Shown: positions 18,935-28,818 of the stretch, piece after piece | Numbering within the stretch: the stretch's first letter is position 1 | Layout: every line of letters starts with the position of its first letter | NCBI GenBank assembly: GCA_963842945.1 | Contig: CAWJIM010000021.1 | Coordinates: 224,001 to 288,000, forward strand | DNA: 64,000 bases | Direction of reading: 5' to 3' | Source: an uncultured Gemmatimonadales bacterium | GTDB taxonomy: Bacteria; Gemmatimonadota; Gemmatimonadetes; Gemmatimonadales; GWC2-71-9 | Translations under genes and position numbers: made by a program | Notes under the pieces: model-generated | Told to the model about the DNA's origin: nothing | What the model saw: only the letters and a program-made list of their open reading frames with translations | Databases searched by the model: none

Positions 18935-19978
18935 TCAGGTGATCGGGAGCTGCGAGCCGTAAGCGTAGGCGCTGAGAAACGCCTCGACAACGCTGGCATC
19001 GAAGTGGAGGCCGGCACATCGTCGAAGCTCGTCGATGGCCCGGGAAACAGGCAGCTGAGGGCGATAGGCCCGGTTCGTGGTCATGGCATCGAACGCATCC
19101 ACCACCGCCACGATCCTGGCTTCCAGCGGAATCTGCTCACCCCGCAACGCGTCGGGAAAGCCACTGCCGTCGATCCGCTCGTGGTGAGAGCGAACGATCC
19201 GAAGCACACTGGGTGACTGCGACAGAAAGGGGGCCAGAATTTTCTCTCCCAGAGCCGAGTGCTCCATGATGTGCTGGAACTCTTCCGGAGTGAGCGGTCC
19301 CGGCTTGTTCAGGATGAATTCGCGGGTACCGATTTTCCCGATGTCGTGCAGCTCGCCCCCCAGTCGGATTTGCTCCGCCACCTCATCGCCAACACCGAGC
19401 TGAACCGCAGTCCGGGTGGCATAGCGGCTCACCCGGCTGGAATGCCCGCTGGTGTAGGCATCCTTGGCCTCGAGCGCCTGCACCAGCGTCTGCACGCCGT
19501 TTATCAGTGAGGAGCGGTTTTTCCGATCGAGCTCCTGCACCCGCATCTCCAGCATCTGCTGGTAGTAGCGGTTCTCCAGTACGAGCCGACGCTTTTCCAG
19601 CGCCTTGTGCAGCCGGGCCCGGACCTCCTCGATGATCACCGGCTTCGAGATGTAGTCCAGGGCACCCAGCTTAAGACACTCGACCGCGGTATTGACCTCG
19701 GCCATCCCGGTCAGCATGACCACGGCCATGTCGGGATAGCGCTGCAGCGCCTCGCGCAGGAAGGTCACGCCGTCCATTTCCGGCATGTAGATGTCGGAGA
19801 TGCAGATCGGGATCTCGCCCACCCGCTTCAGCACAGCCAGGGCGTCGGCACCGGAGGAGGCCTCAACTGGGGACAACCCCTGCGTCGCAATGACACGCGA
19901 CAGCACCTGCCGCACTTGCGCGTCGTCGTCCACAATGAGGCAGCGCGGACTGGCGCCATCGGAGATCGTGGCAGTCAC
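18935..19978 (-). CDS. Response regulator with HD-GYP cyclic-dinucleotide phosphodiesterase (RpfG-like)
   Basis: REC (LIVDDD, SDIYMP, MLTG, ISKP) plus AKDAYTSGHS, LHDIGKIG, HHERIDGSGFP, VDAFDAMTTNRAYR. GTG start 6 nt after TACTTT. Confidence 0.92.
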   Translation of the reverse strand: MTATISDGASPRCLIVDDDAQVRQVLSRVIATQGLSPVEASSGADALAVLKRVGEIPICISDIYMPEMDGVTFLREALQRYPDMAVVMLTGMAEVNTAVECLKLGALDYISKPVIIEEVRARLHKALEKRRLVLENRYYQQMLEMRVQELDRKNRSSLINGVQTLVQALEAKDAYTSGHSSRVSRYATRTAVQLGVGDEVAEQIRLGGELHDIGKIGTREFILNKPGPLTPEEFQHIMEHSALGEKILAPFLSQSPSVLRIVRSHHERIDGSGFPDALRGEQIPLEARIVAVVDAFDAMTTNRAYRPQLPVSRAIDELRRCAGLHFDASVVEAFLSAYAYGSQLPIT

Positions 19979-20065
19979 GCAGCGAAAGTAAACGGGGCCA
20001 ACAGCTAATAGCCAATAGTCTTGCCTGCTATTACGCTTCACATGACCCCTCCCTCGCAGGAGCCC

Positions 20066-21238
20066 ATGACCCGCATCCTCGAGCACGACCACGAGCACGG
20101 CTTTGCCACCCGGTCCGTCCATGCCGGACAGATCATCGAGCCACTGGCCGGTGCGGTCATGACCCCGATCTACCAGACCTCGACCTACGTGCAGGAAGGC
20201 CTGGGCAAGAACCGGGGATACGAGTACGCCCGCACCCAGAACCCGACCCGTGAGGCGCTGGAGCGCAACGTGGCCAGTCTCGAAGGGGCCACCTACGGCT
20301 TCGCCTTCGGCTCGGGATTGGCCGCCCTCGATGCCGTGCTCAAGCTTTTCAAGACCGGCGATCATATCGTCTGCGGCGAGAACGTGTACGGCGGGAGCCA
20401 TCGCCTGATGGAGCGGATCTACGGCAACCTGGGGTTGCGGGTGAGCTTCGTGGACATGCGAGATGTCGGCAATATCGAGCGGGCCCTCACCCCGACCACC
20501 CGGATGATTTACTGCGAGACGCCAACCAATCCGATGATGAACCTCACCGATCTCGCCGCGGTGGGAGACCTGACCCAGGCCCATGGCTACCTCTACGTCG
20601 TGGACAACACCTTCGCCACCCCGTACTTCCAGCGGCCCCTGCAGTACGGGGCCGATGTCGTACTCCACTCGACTACGAAATACCTGAACGGCCATAGCGA
20701 CATGGTGGGCGGCCTGCTGCTCACCTCCAGGGACGACGTGGCCGAGCGGCTGGCGTTTATCCAGAATGCGGCCGGCGCCGTGCCGGGCCCCATGGACTGC
20801 TGGCTGGCGCTTCGAGGCATCAAGACCCTGCCGCTCAGAATGCGTCAGCACGATGCCAACGGCCGCCGCGTCGCCGAGTGGCTTACCCGTCAATCGATGA
20901 TCAGCAAGGTCTACTACCCGGGCCTGCCATCGCATCCGCAACACGAGATCGCCTGCCGGCAAATGAGCGGCTTCGGCGGAATGGTGTCGCTGGATCTCGG
21001 TGATCCGGCCCGGGCGCGACGTTTCGTGGAAAGCACCCGGATCTTTGTGCTGGCCGAGTCGCTGGGAGGGGTCGAGAGCCTGGTGGGCCATCCCGCTTCG
21101 ATGACGCACGCGTCGGTACCACCGGCCATGCGACAGTCCATGGGTCTGACCGACAGCCTGATCCGGTTGAGCTGCGGCATTGAAGACGTAGACGATCTTC
21201 TGGCAGATTTGGACCAGGCCCTGAGGAAATGCGCCTGA
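20066..21238 (+). CDS. metB: Cystathionine gamma-synthase/lyase (Cys/Met PLP enzyme); synthase versus lyase not resolved
   Basis: PIYQTSTY, YEYARTQNPT, ETPTNP, VDNTF, HSTTKYLNGHSD, LAESLGGVESL; AGGAG RBS. Confidence 0.85.
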   Translation: MTRILEHDHEHGFATRSVHAGQIIEPLAGAVMTPIYQTSTYVQEGLGKNRGYEYARTQNPTREALERNVASLEGATYGFAFGSGLAALDAVLKLFKTGDHIVCGENVYGGSHRLMERIYGNLGLRVSFVDMRDVGNIERALTPTTRMIYCETPTNPMMNLTDLAAVGDLTQAHGYLYVVDNTFATPYFQRPLQYGADVVLHSTTKYLNGHSDMVGGLLLTSRDDVAERLAFIQNAAGAVPGPMDCWLALRGIKTLPLRMRQHDANGRRVAEWLTRQSMISKVYYPGLPSHPQHEIACRQMSGFGGMVSLDLGDPARARRFVESTRIFVLAESLGGVESLVGHPASMTHASVPPAMRQSMGLTDSLIRLSCGIEDVDDLLADLDQALRKCA

Positions 21239-21239
21239 G

Positions 21240-22256
21240 ATGAGCTCCAGCCTTCCCGCCCCTCGGCCTCGGCAGCGTTTCCCCGAAATCGCGGCAATCA
21301 CCTGGGAGCACCCGGCCGACCGGGCAGCACTGCAGACCCTCCGCACCATACCGGGAGTGGACGAAATCATTCGCAAGGTGATCGCCCTGCTCGGCGGTGA
21401 ACGCGGAATTCGCCTGCTGTTTCAGGGCAATGCAGTGCGGGTCGGACCCAACCAGTTTCCCAAGCTCTGGCACCTGCATACGGAAGTCACCACGACCTTC
21501 GACTGGAACACCGTCCCGGAGCTCTACCTCACCCAAACTCCATTCTTCAATGCTGGGGCCTACGGTATCGATGCGCCCTTCATCGTGGTGCACTCGGCGG
21601 CGGTGGAGCTGCTGGATGATGACGAGCTTCGCGTTCTCCTGTCGCACGAGCTCGGCCACGTGATGAGCGGACATGCCCTCTATCGCACCATCGCGGCCAT
21701 TCTTGCGCTGGTGAGTCTTGGGGTCCTGCCGGTGTTGGCCGAGCTCGTGGTGCTGCCGGTCCGGCTGGCCTTTCTGGAGTGGTCGAGGAAGTCCGAGCTC
21801 TCCTCCGATCGCGCCGGGCTGCTCGGCGCTCAGGATATTGTGGCGGCGCAGCGACTGGACATGAAGATGGCCGGCGGCGGCCGGGGCGATGCCTTTGCGG
21901 GACAGCTCAACGTGGATGCCTTCATGCAGCAGGCCCACGAATATGCCGCGGCAGGCGAGGGGCTCGACGTGGTATACAAGCTCCTCAGTACTCTCGCGCT
22001 CACTCACCCGATGCATACGGTCCGCGCGGCCGAGCTGCAGCGCTGGGTCGGCACCGGCGAGTACGACCGAATTCTCCGGGGAGAGTACGTGCGGCGCGGG
22101 ACCGAATCGAGTGAGCGCCCGCTCCGGGATGACGTGTCAGCGGCCGGCAGCTACTACGCGGCAGAGGCCCGTGAGCTGGCTGGACAGCTGGCCGATGTCG
22201 CCAAACGCGCCGCGGATCGCGCGCGCGAGGCGTTCCGGAACGCGCAGAAGCCGTGA
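21240..22256 (+). CDS. M48-family zinc metallopeptidase
   Basis: WEHPADR, QFPKL, HELGH, WSRKSELSSDRAG, THP. Confidence 0.9.
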   Translation: MSSSLPAPRPRQRFPEIAAITWEHPADRAALQTLRTIPGVDEIIRKVIALLGGERGIRLLFQGNAVRVGPNQFPKLWHLHTEVTTTFDWNTVPELYLTQTPFFNAGAYGIDAPFIVVHSAAVELLDDDELRVLLSHELGHVMSGHALYRTIAAILALVSLGVLPVLAELVVLPVRLAFLEWSRKSELSSDRAGLLGAQDIVAAQRLDMKMAGGGRGDAFAGQLNVDAFMQQAHEYAAAGEGLDVVYKLLSTLALTHPMHTVRAAELQRWVGTGEYDRILRGEYVRRGTESSERPLRDDVSAAGSYYAAEARELAGQLADVAKRAADRAREAFRNAQKP

Positions 22257-23554
22257 GACTGCTGGTTGTCGGTGGGGGAGGCCGGGAGCACGCCCTGTGC
22301 TGGGCGCTTCGCCGGGAAGAGCCCCGGGCCGAGCTGTACTGCGCGCCGGGAAACCCTGGAACCGCGGAGCTGGCCCACAATCTCGACATTGCGGCCGACG
22401 ATCTCGACCGACTGGCCGACGCAGCGGATATGTACGGGATCGACCTTACCGTGGTCGGGCCCGAGATCCCTCTGGCCGGGGGCCTGGCCGACCGGCTCCG
22501 AGCCGAGGGCCGCGCGGTGTTCGGCCCCAACGCCGCGGCGGCCCAGATAGAAGCCTCCAAAGCCTTCGCCAAGGATGTCATGGCGTCGGCGGGGGTCCGG
22601 ACGGCGGCCAGCCGGTCGTTCACCGATCTGAAGGCCGCCCTGGCGTTCGTAGATGCCCATCAGGAGCCTTTGGTGGTAAAAGCCTCGGGCCTGGCGGCGG
22701 GAAAAGGTGCAATTGTTTGCACCACCCGGACGGAGGCTGCCCAGGCTGTCCGTGCGATGCTGGAGCAGGGCGACTTTGGTGCTGCCGGCAACACCGTGGT
22801 GGTCGAAGCCTACCTGGAAGGCGAAGAGATCTCGGTCATGGCCATCACCAATGGCCGAGAGCTCGAGCTGTTGCCGGTCGCTCAGGATCACAAGCGTCTG
22901 CTGGAAGGAGATCGCGGCCCGAACACCGGTGGGATGGGCGCCTACAGTCCGGTGGCCATGGCCGGGCCGGCGCTGTTGGAGCGGGTGAAACGCGATGTTC
23001 TGTTGCCGACGTTGGAACAACTCCAGCGGATGCGGACTCCCTTTGCCGGCGTGCTCTACGCAGGACTGATGATCGATGGAGCCGGCATCCCCTGGGTGGT
23101 GGAGTTCAACTGCCGCCTGGGCGATCCGGAGGCCCAGGTGGTGCTGCCCCTGGTATCTCAGGGGCTGATCGATTGCCTCTCTCGGGTGGCACGGGGCGAG
23201 GCACCCACGCGGATCACTCCCAGCCGCGGCGCCGCCGTGACCACGGTTCTGGCATCGAGAGGCTACCCGGACACCACGGAAAAGGGCGCGCCGATCCAAC
23301 TGCCCGATGAGCTCCCCCAAGGGGTGACAATCTTCCAGGCTGGTACCAGCCGGGGCTCCGACGGGGTCCTCCGGGTCAATGGAGGGCGGGTTCTCACCGT
23401 CACCGGCGTGGCAGGCAGCTTCCCCCAAGCGCAACAGCTGAGCTGCCGCACCGCGGAGGCCGTCCAGTTCGAGGGAAAGACCTTCCGCCGGGACATAGGC
23501 TGGCGGGAAGCATCCCGGCAGCTGGCGCATTCGGCCCGAGGCTCATCCTCGTAG
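22253..23554 (+). CDS. purD: Phosphoribosylamine--glycine ligase
   Basis: GGGGREHAL, APGNPG, GLAAGKG, QDHKR, GPNTGGMGAY, EFNCRLGDPE. Confidence 0.98.
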   Translation: MRLLVVGGGGREHALCWALRREEPRAELYCAPGNPGTAELAHNLDIAADDLDRLADAADMYGIDLTVVGPEIPLAGGLADRLRAEGRAVFGPNAAAAQIEASKAFAKDVMASAGVRTAASRSFTDLKAALAFVDAHQEPLVVKASGLAAGKGAIVCTTRTEAAQAVRAMLEQGDFGAAGNTVVVEAYLEGEEISVMAITNGRELELLPVAQDHKRLLEGDRGPNTGGMGAYSPVAMAGPALLERVKRDVLLPTLEQLQRMRTPFAGVLYAGLMIDGAGIPWVVEFNCRLGDPEAQVVLPLVSQGLIDCLSRVARGEAPTRITPSRGAAVTTVLASRGYPDTTEKGAPIQLPDELPQGVTIFQAGTSRGSDGVLRVNGGRVLTVTGVAGSFPQAQQLSCRTAEAVQFEGKTFRRDIGWREASRQLAHSARGSSS

Positions 23555-23570
23555 CGCCGCCCAAATCGGA

Positions 23571-24395
23571 ATGCCCGAGCTTCCCGAAGTCGAAACCATC
23601 GTTCGAGATCTTCAACCACTCGTGGTTGGGCGCCGTATCGTGCGCGCCAGCCTGAGTCACGATGATGTGCTCCGGGGCGTTACCCGCAGACAGCTGACCC
23701 GGCGCCTGGCCGGCAAGACCATTCGCGATGTTTCCCGCCGCGCAAAACACGCAGTGTTCGACCTGGGCTCGGAACGGCTGGTTATTCAGCCCGGCATGAC
23801 CGGCTCATTGACGGTGCACCGGAGACGCCTGACTTCGGCCGAGAGCCGCTATGCCGTGCTGCGGGCCGAGCTCAACCGGGGCGGCGAGCTGGTCTACACC
23901 GACGTCCGCCGACTGGGCACCATTCTCCTGCTGAATGAAAAGCAGTGGGAGCTCTACGATCGGGCGCTCGGCCCGGAGCCGCTGGATCCAACCTTCTCGG
24001 TCGAGCAGCTGGGGAGCGCACTTGGCCGGAGCCGCCAGGCCATAAAGAAAGTCCTGATGGACCAGCGCCATCTTGCGGGCGTGGGAAACATCTACGCCAA
24101 CGAAGCGCTGTTCGCGGCAGGAATCGATCCTTCCAAGCCGGCGAACCGGCTCGACACCACGGACCACCGGCGACTGCACGCCGAGCTTCGCCGGATCCTG
24201 AGCGCGGCCATTCGCTCCAACGGCACCACCTTTCGAGACTACCGCACGGGCACGGGTGAGCCGGGCAACTTTCAGCTCGAGCTTCTGGTGTACGGCCGGG
24301 AGGGCGAGCCCTGCCGCCGCTGCGGCACCCGGCTGACCGGAACTCATGCCATCGACGCCCGAATTTCGGTGTTCTGCCACCACTGCCAATCGTGA
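23571..24395 (+). CDS. mutM: Formamidopyrimidine-DNA glycosylase
   Basis: MPELPEVE, GMTG, LGPEP, AGVGNIYANEALF, zinc finger CRRC...CHHC. Confidence 0.98.
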   Translation: MPELPEVETIVRDLQPLVVGRRIVRASLSHDDVLRGVTRRQLTRRLAGKTIRDVSRRAKHAVFDLGSERLVIQPGMTGSLTVHRRRLTSAESRYAVLRAELNRGGELVYTDVRRLGTILLLNEKQWELYDRALGPEPLDPTFSVEQLGSALGRSRQAIKKVLMDQRHLAGVGNIYANEALFAAGIDPSKPANRLDTTDHRRLHAELRRILSAAIRSNGTTFRDYRTGTGEPGNFQLELLVYGREGEPCRRCGTRLTGTHAIDARISVFCHHCQS

Positions 24396-25492
24396 GTCGC
24401 TCGAAACATCAGCGGCTGGTTCCCCTCCCCTCGACCGATCTCGGACAGTTGCTCTCGCGGGTGCGCTCGCTCGCGGAAAACCGGCCCGCCGTCTACCAGA
24501 TGGTGGACGCCACCGGCCGGGTGCTCTACGTGGGCAAAGCCAAGCGGCTGCGCACCCGGTTGCTCACCTATTTCCGGGCCTGTTACCCCGACGACAAGGC
24601 GGCCCGGATTCTCTACGCCGCACATGAGATTCGCTGGGACTATGTGCCCAGCGAGTTTGCCGCTTTTCTGGGCGAGCTGCGACAGATCCGGAAGATGCGT
24701 CCCTATTTCAATCACAAGGGAAACCGGACCCGCCGCTCGGTCTTGATCAAGATCGCGGGCGGCCCGGCGCCGCGGATCTACGGCGGTGGCAGCATAGCCC
24801 GCGAGGACGTCCGCTGCTATGGACCATTTCAATCCATGGCGAGGATGGCCGAAGCGGTGAGGACCCTCAACGATCTCCTGGGACTCCGCGATTGCTCCAG
24901 CTCGACGCCGGTGTTCTTTGCCGGCCAGGGCGACCTCTTCGAGCAGCCGCGTCAGGCGGCATGCATGCGGCACGAGCTGGGCTTCTGCACCGGTCCCTGT
25001 GCCGGTCTGGTCGAGGAACGAGAATACCAGCGGCGGGTGGATACCGCGGTGGCATTCCTGGAGGGTCGGACCATCCAGCCGATCGATCGGGTGATCTCGG
25101 CCATGCAACAGGCATCGGAGAACGCCCAGTTCGAAATTGCGGTTCGGTGGCGGGAAAAGTTCGAGCAGCTGGAGTGGCTGCTGGCGGCGACGAGCCGCGC
25201 CCGAAGCGCCATCGATCTGCTCACCTTCGTTTACCGGGACCCCGGCGATTTCGGGGACGACCGGGTCTATGTCCTGCGACGCGGAGTGGTGCGGGCCTCC
25301 TTCCCCTATCCCACGACGCCAATCGAGCATGAAGCCTTCCGCGCCGTAGTAGCGGAAGAAGCGCGACAGCCGGACCGCGCATCCGGTCCGCTGCCGCTGG
25401 ATGCGGTGGATGAGGTGCTGCTGATGATGGCGTGGTTCCGGGCTCACCCGGACGCGCTCCGGCGTACGAGTCCGTACGAGCAGTGGATGTGA
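24392..25492 (+). CDS. UvrC N-terminal-half (Cho-like) GIY-YIG endonuclease with UvrB/C motif
   Basis: PAVY...LYVGKAKRLRTRL, PYFN, four Cys (LRDC, ACMRHELGFCTGPC), MQQASENAQFEIA. No RNase H-like or HhH domain. Confidence 0.85.
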   Translation: MSRSKHQRLVPLPSTDLGQLLSRVRSLAENRPAVYQMVDATGRVLYVGKAKRLRTRLLTYFRACYPDDKAARILYAAHEIRWDYVPSEFAAFLGELRQIRKMRPYFNHKGNRTRRSVLIKIAGGPAPRIYGGGSIAREDVRCYGPFQSMARMAEAVRTLNDLLGLRDCSSSTPVFFAGQGDLFEQPRQAACMRHELGFCTGPCAGLVEEREYQRRVDTAVAFLEGRTIQPIDRVISAMQQASENAQFEIAVRWREKFEQLEWLLAATSRARSAIDLLTFVYRDPGDFGDDRVYVLRRGVVRASFPYPTTPIEHEAFRAVVAEEARQPDRASGPLPLDAVDEVLLMMAWFRAHPDALRRTSPYEQWM

Positions 25493-25525
25493 TCACGGCG
25501 GCGGTCAGCCGCTGAACTTGACTGG

Positions 25526-26014
25526 TTATTCGGCTGAGTCGGTCAGCGGTACAATCCGGCCCCGGGGCGGAATTCCCGGTTCCAATTCCAGAATGCCGAC
25601 CGAGGGTGCCAGCTTGAACCTCCTGGGTCCGGCGCTTCCAGGGTTCATCACCGTGACGACCACGTCGACCACGGTGAGCAGCGGACGATGGGTATGGCCA
25701 TAGACGATGATCTGCGCATCAGGAAAGGCGGCGTTGAGTTTTTCCGGTGTGGGCGATCCCAGCTGATCACCATGAGTAACCACGATGTCGAATCCGTCCA
25801 GCTCTATCGTGGCGACCTCGGGCAGGCAACTGCGGACGTCGAATCCATCGGTATTCCCGAACACGGCGGTGACCGGTCCCAGGGTCTGAAGCTCAGTGAG
25901 GAGATCGAGGGATCCCAGATCTCCCGCATGAAGGATGTGATCCACCTCGGCAAAGGCATCGAAGACCTGGGGCCGGAGCAGGCCATGGGTATCTGCGATC
26001 ACGCCCAGCCGCAT
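25526..26014 (-). CDS. YfcE/MJ0936-family metallophosphoesterase
   Basis: IADTHG, HAGD, FGNTD, THG, YGHTH, NPGSAG. Start overlaps the upstream stop (TGATG). Confidence 0.92.
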   Translation of the reverse strand: MRLGVIADTHGLLRPQVFDAFAEVDHILHAGDLGSLDLLTELQTLGPVTAVFGNTDGFDVRSCLPEVATIELDGFDIVVTHGDQLGSPTPEKLNAAFPDAQIIVYGHTHRPLLTVVDVVVTVMNPGSAGPRRFKLAPSVGILELEPGIPPRGRIVPLTDSAE

Positions 26015-27259
26015 CAGCGAGCGAGCGTGCGCAGCGCCACGGGGCGCGGGCCAATGCTCTCCCACAACCGGGAGAATGCGCCCAGAAGCTCCTGCGCCTC
26101 GAAGGTACAGTGGCCGAAGCGATCGACATCGATCTGAGTGAACTTCGTGTCGCGCCGGCGAGACCCACCTTTTGCCCGTAGAGTGCCGACTGGCGGAAGG
26201 GCACAATGGGGTCGCCGGAGGTATGCAGGTTCACCAGCGGGACGGTCAGCGACCCCGTGGTGGCAAAGCGGGCGAGACCGGATGGGCGGAGGGGTCGGCC
26301 TGATATCGCTCAACCCCGCATTCAAGGCGATGCGTCGTCCGAAGAACCGGCATACACCCGCGCGTGTTGTCGTAGGGTTGACCCCCAAGCCGCTGCTGGG
26401 CATCGGCGGTGCCGAACACGTTGTACCAGAGAAGCCCCACCACCGTTTCGGCAGTGGAGCGAATATCGATCCCGGCGACTGGGGCCTGGCTGACGTTGAG
26501 GAGCTGCCGGGTTGCATCGGGCCTGGCCGCCAGGGCCACAACGATTGCCGGCATATAGAAGCTGTTCCCAGCCGTCGCGCAGCGTGTCGGGAATGTTCAG
26601 CGCATCGCCCGGAAGAAGACCGGGGAAGAAGTAGTCGAACACGACCCGGAAATCGGCGATGTAGTCCAGCTGCGCCAGGAAGTCGCCGATAGGACCGCAC
26701 CCCGCCAGCGCGCCGTCAAACCGGTCGGGATGACGTTCCACAGCTCAGGGTAGCGACCAGCCCGCCTTCGGAGAATCCCACCACCACCGCCTCGATGGGA
26801 TCGGGCCGATAGCGTGCATCCATCGTGTCAACCAGCTCCAGCAAATCGTCCACGCGCGTCGGGCGCGATCAGGCCGTTGGCTCGGTAGCTGGTGGTGGCG
26901 TAGGCATAACCCAGCCCAGTCACCAGCGACGGAGCGGCTGGCCTCCTACCGACTCCTCCGGCATCGCGAGGTCGTTCTGGGGCGCGACGTAGCCGTGGGC
27001 GAACAGCACCAGGTCGCCGTTCCACTCGTGCGGAAAACAGATCCGGTACAGGCCGCCGTGCGCTAGCGACGCCGTCGGTGCATCCGGCCACGGCGCGATG
27101 CCCTGTCGACCGGGGTCCCGGTGGAGGTGGGGTGGGCCGGAGTTGTCCTCGATCGGAGCCGCCACAGGCGGCCATCCACGACGTCAAAATGAGAACGGCG
27201 CCTGAGAGCAGGCGCCGGGAGTTGTCCGGGTTCCTCTTCACCTTGCTGTACCTCCCCAT
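26014..27259 (-). CDS. Alpha/beta-hydrolase lipoprotein, broken by many frameshifts
   Basis: Collinear fragments in three frames: lipobox MAAC-GG, WNGDLVLFAHGY, GYAYATTSY, nucleophile elbow GFSEGG, DRFDGALAGCGP, DFRVVFDYFFP, GHCTF. Confidence 0.7.
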
Positions 27260-27833
27260 CGTGGCGCGATCTCCAGATCGAGCCCAACCTGATCGATAAT
27301 GCGCTGCACCACGAAATCTACCAGCTGGCTGACCTCGGTGGGCCGATGATAGAAACCGGGGGAAGCCGGCAGGACCACGGCCCCGCCTCGGCGACCATCA
27401 GCATGTTCCGCAGATGTACCACCGAGAGCGGCGCCTCCCGGGTGACCAGAACCAGTTTGCGCCGCTCCTTGAGAGTCACGTCCGCGGCCCGCTCGACCAG
27501 AGAGCGGCTGGTCCCGGCGGCTACGGCGGCTAGCGTGCCCATGGAACAGGGGCAGATGACCATGCCGGCGGTGCGCCTCGAGCCGGAGGCCGGGAGCGCT
27601 CCGCGATCACCGTCAGGATAGCTGACCACGGAGGACCAGTCGCCTCCCGTCGCCTGACGCAAGGCATCCAGTGACCCGATCGCACATTCCTCCTGCAACA
27701 GCCTCATCCCATGCTCCGACGTGATCAGCCAGACGGGAATCCGGTTGCGAGCCAGGATCTCCAGCAGGCGCACCCCATACGGAGCGCCGGAGGCTCCGGT
27801 CAGTGCCAGCACCAGGGGCAGCGGAGTAGTCAC
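27238..27833 (-). CDS. ubiX: Flavin prenyltransferase (1 frameshift near 27385)
   Basis: LTGASGAPYG, ASGS, PCSMGT, RAADVTLKERR, REAP; shifted tail VLPASPGFYHRP...PRWGG ends at TGA 27238. Confidence 0.93.
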
Positions 27834-28758
27834 GTGATCCGGTCGATGAGAGCAAACCCAAACACCACCAGCGACATCACACCATTCATCGAGAAGAATG
27901 CCGCATCCAGGCGGGACAGGTCGCCCGGCCGCACCAGGTGATGCTCGTACGCCAGGATCCCCGTAGCCACGATCACGCCGGCGAAGTACCACGGCGCCAA
28001 ACCCAGCTCCGTAGCCGAACAGCGCCAGGGCCGGGATAGTGATGCCGTGGAGCAGTTTTGCCAGCAGAATTGCCCGCGACTCGCCCAGGCGCACCACCGC
28101 GCTTCTGAGCCCCTCCGCGGCATCGAACCCCGCGTCCGGCAGCGCGTAGAACATGTCGAACCCGGCCACCCACGTGGCCACGGCCAGGGTAATGGCCAGC
28201 AGGAGCCAGATCGGATGGCTCCACTGCCCGGTCACCGCGAGGTATCCGCCCACCGGCGCAATCGCCAGGCTGACTCCGAGCCAGAGGTGAGGCCACCAGG
28301 TGAATCGTTTGGACAGGCTGTAGAGCAGAATCCAGGCGAGAGCCAGGGGACTCAGCAGCAGACAGAGCCGATTGAGCAGGGCGGCGGCGAGGAAAAAGAG
28401 CAGCGACGCCGCAATCACCGAGCCCCAGGCCTGTCCCAGCGAGAGAGCTCCCCGGGGCAGCTCCCGGTTGGCCGTCCTTGGATTCCGCGCATCGAACCCG
28501 CGGTCAGCGATGCGGTTGAAGCCCATCGCCGCCCAGCGGGCCGCGGAGAAGGCCAGCACAACCAGGACAACGGTCCGCCCGGTGACCGGCGCTACCCGGG
28601 ACGCCGCGAGCACGCCCAGCAGCGCAAACGGAAGCGCGAAGACCGTGTGTGGGAGCTTGACGAAGTTGACATACCGGGTGAGCAGCGATTCGCCGCGGAA
28701 GGTTTGGCCTTCGCGGGCGGGCGGACAGGCGGTCAGGCGGTCGGCGGTCGAGACTCAC
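27830..28758 (-). CDS. mqnP: UbiA-like polyprenyltransferase of the futalosine pathway (frameshifts near the start and near 27990)
   Basis: FVKLPHTVFALPFA, MGFNRIADRGFDARNPRTANRELP, YSLSKRF, WVAGFDMFYALPD, YEHHLV, AAFFSMNG. Confidence 0.85.
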
Positions 28759-28818
28759 TCGGTGATCCGGGTGACCGTCACCGTCTCGCCGTCTGACCGT
28801 TCCGACCACCGTTCCGCC
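28713..28818. repeat. Inverted pair of degenerate octamer arrays (GCGGTCAG-type)
   Basis: GCGGGCGG GCGGACAG GCGGTCAG GCGGTCGG, then CCGTCTCG CCGTCTGA CCGTTCCG, spanning the ubiD/mqnP junction. Confidence 0.65.

Noticed and set aside
18935..21376. 813-aa HD-GYP protein with a long N-terminal extension
   Set aside because: The extension is antisense to the metB-like gene; the REC domain begins at GTG 19978 behind a -10 motif.
27318..28613. Natural MqnP-UbiX fusion
   Set aside because: Caused by a frameshift near 27990; the true MqnP C-terminus and stop are in another frame and overlap the ubiX GTG.
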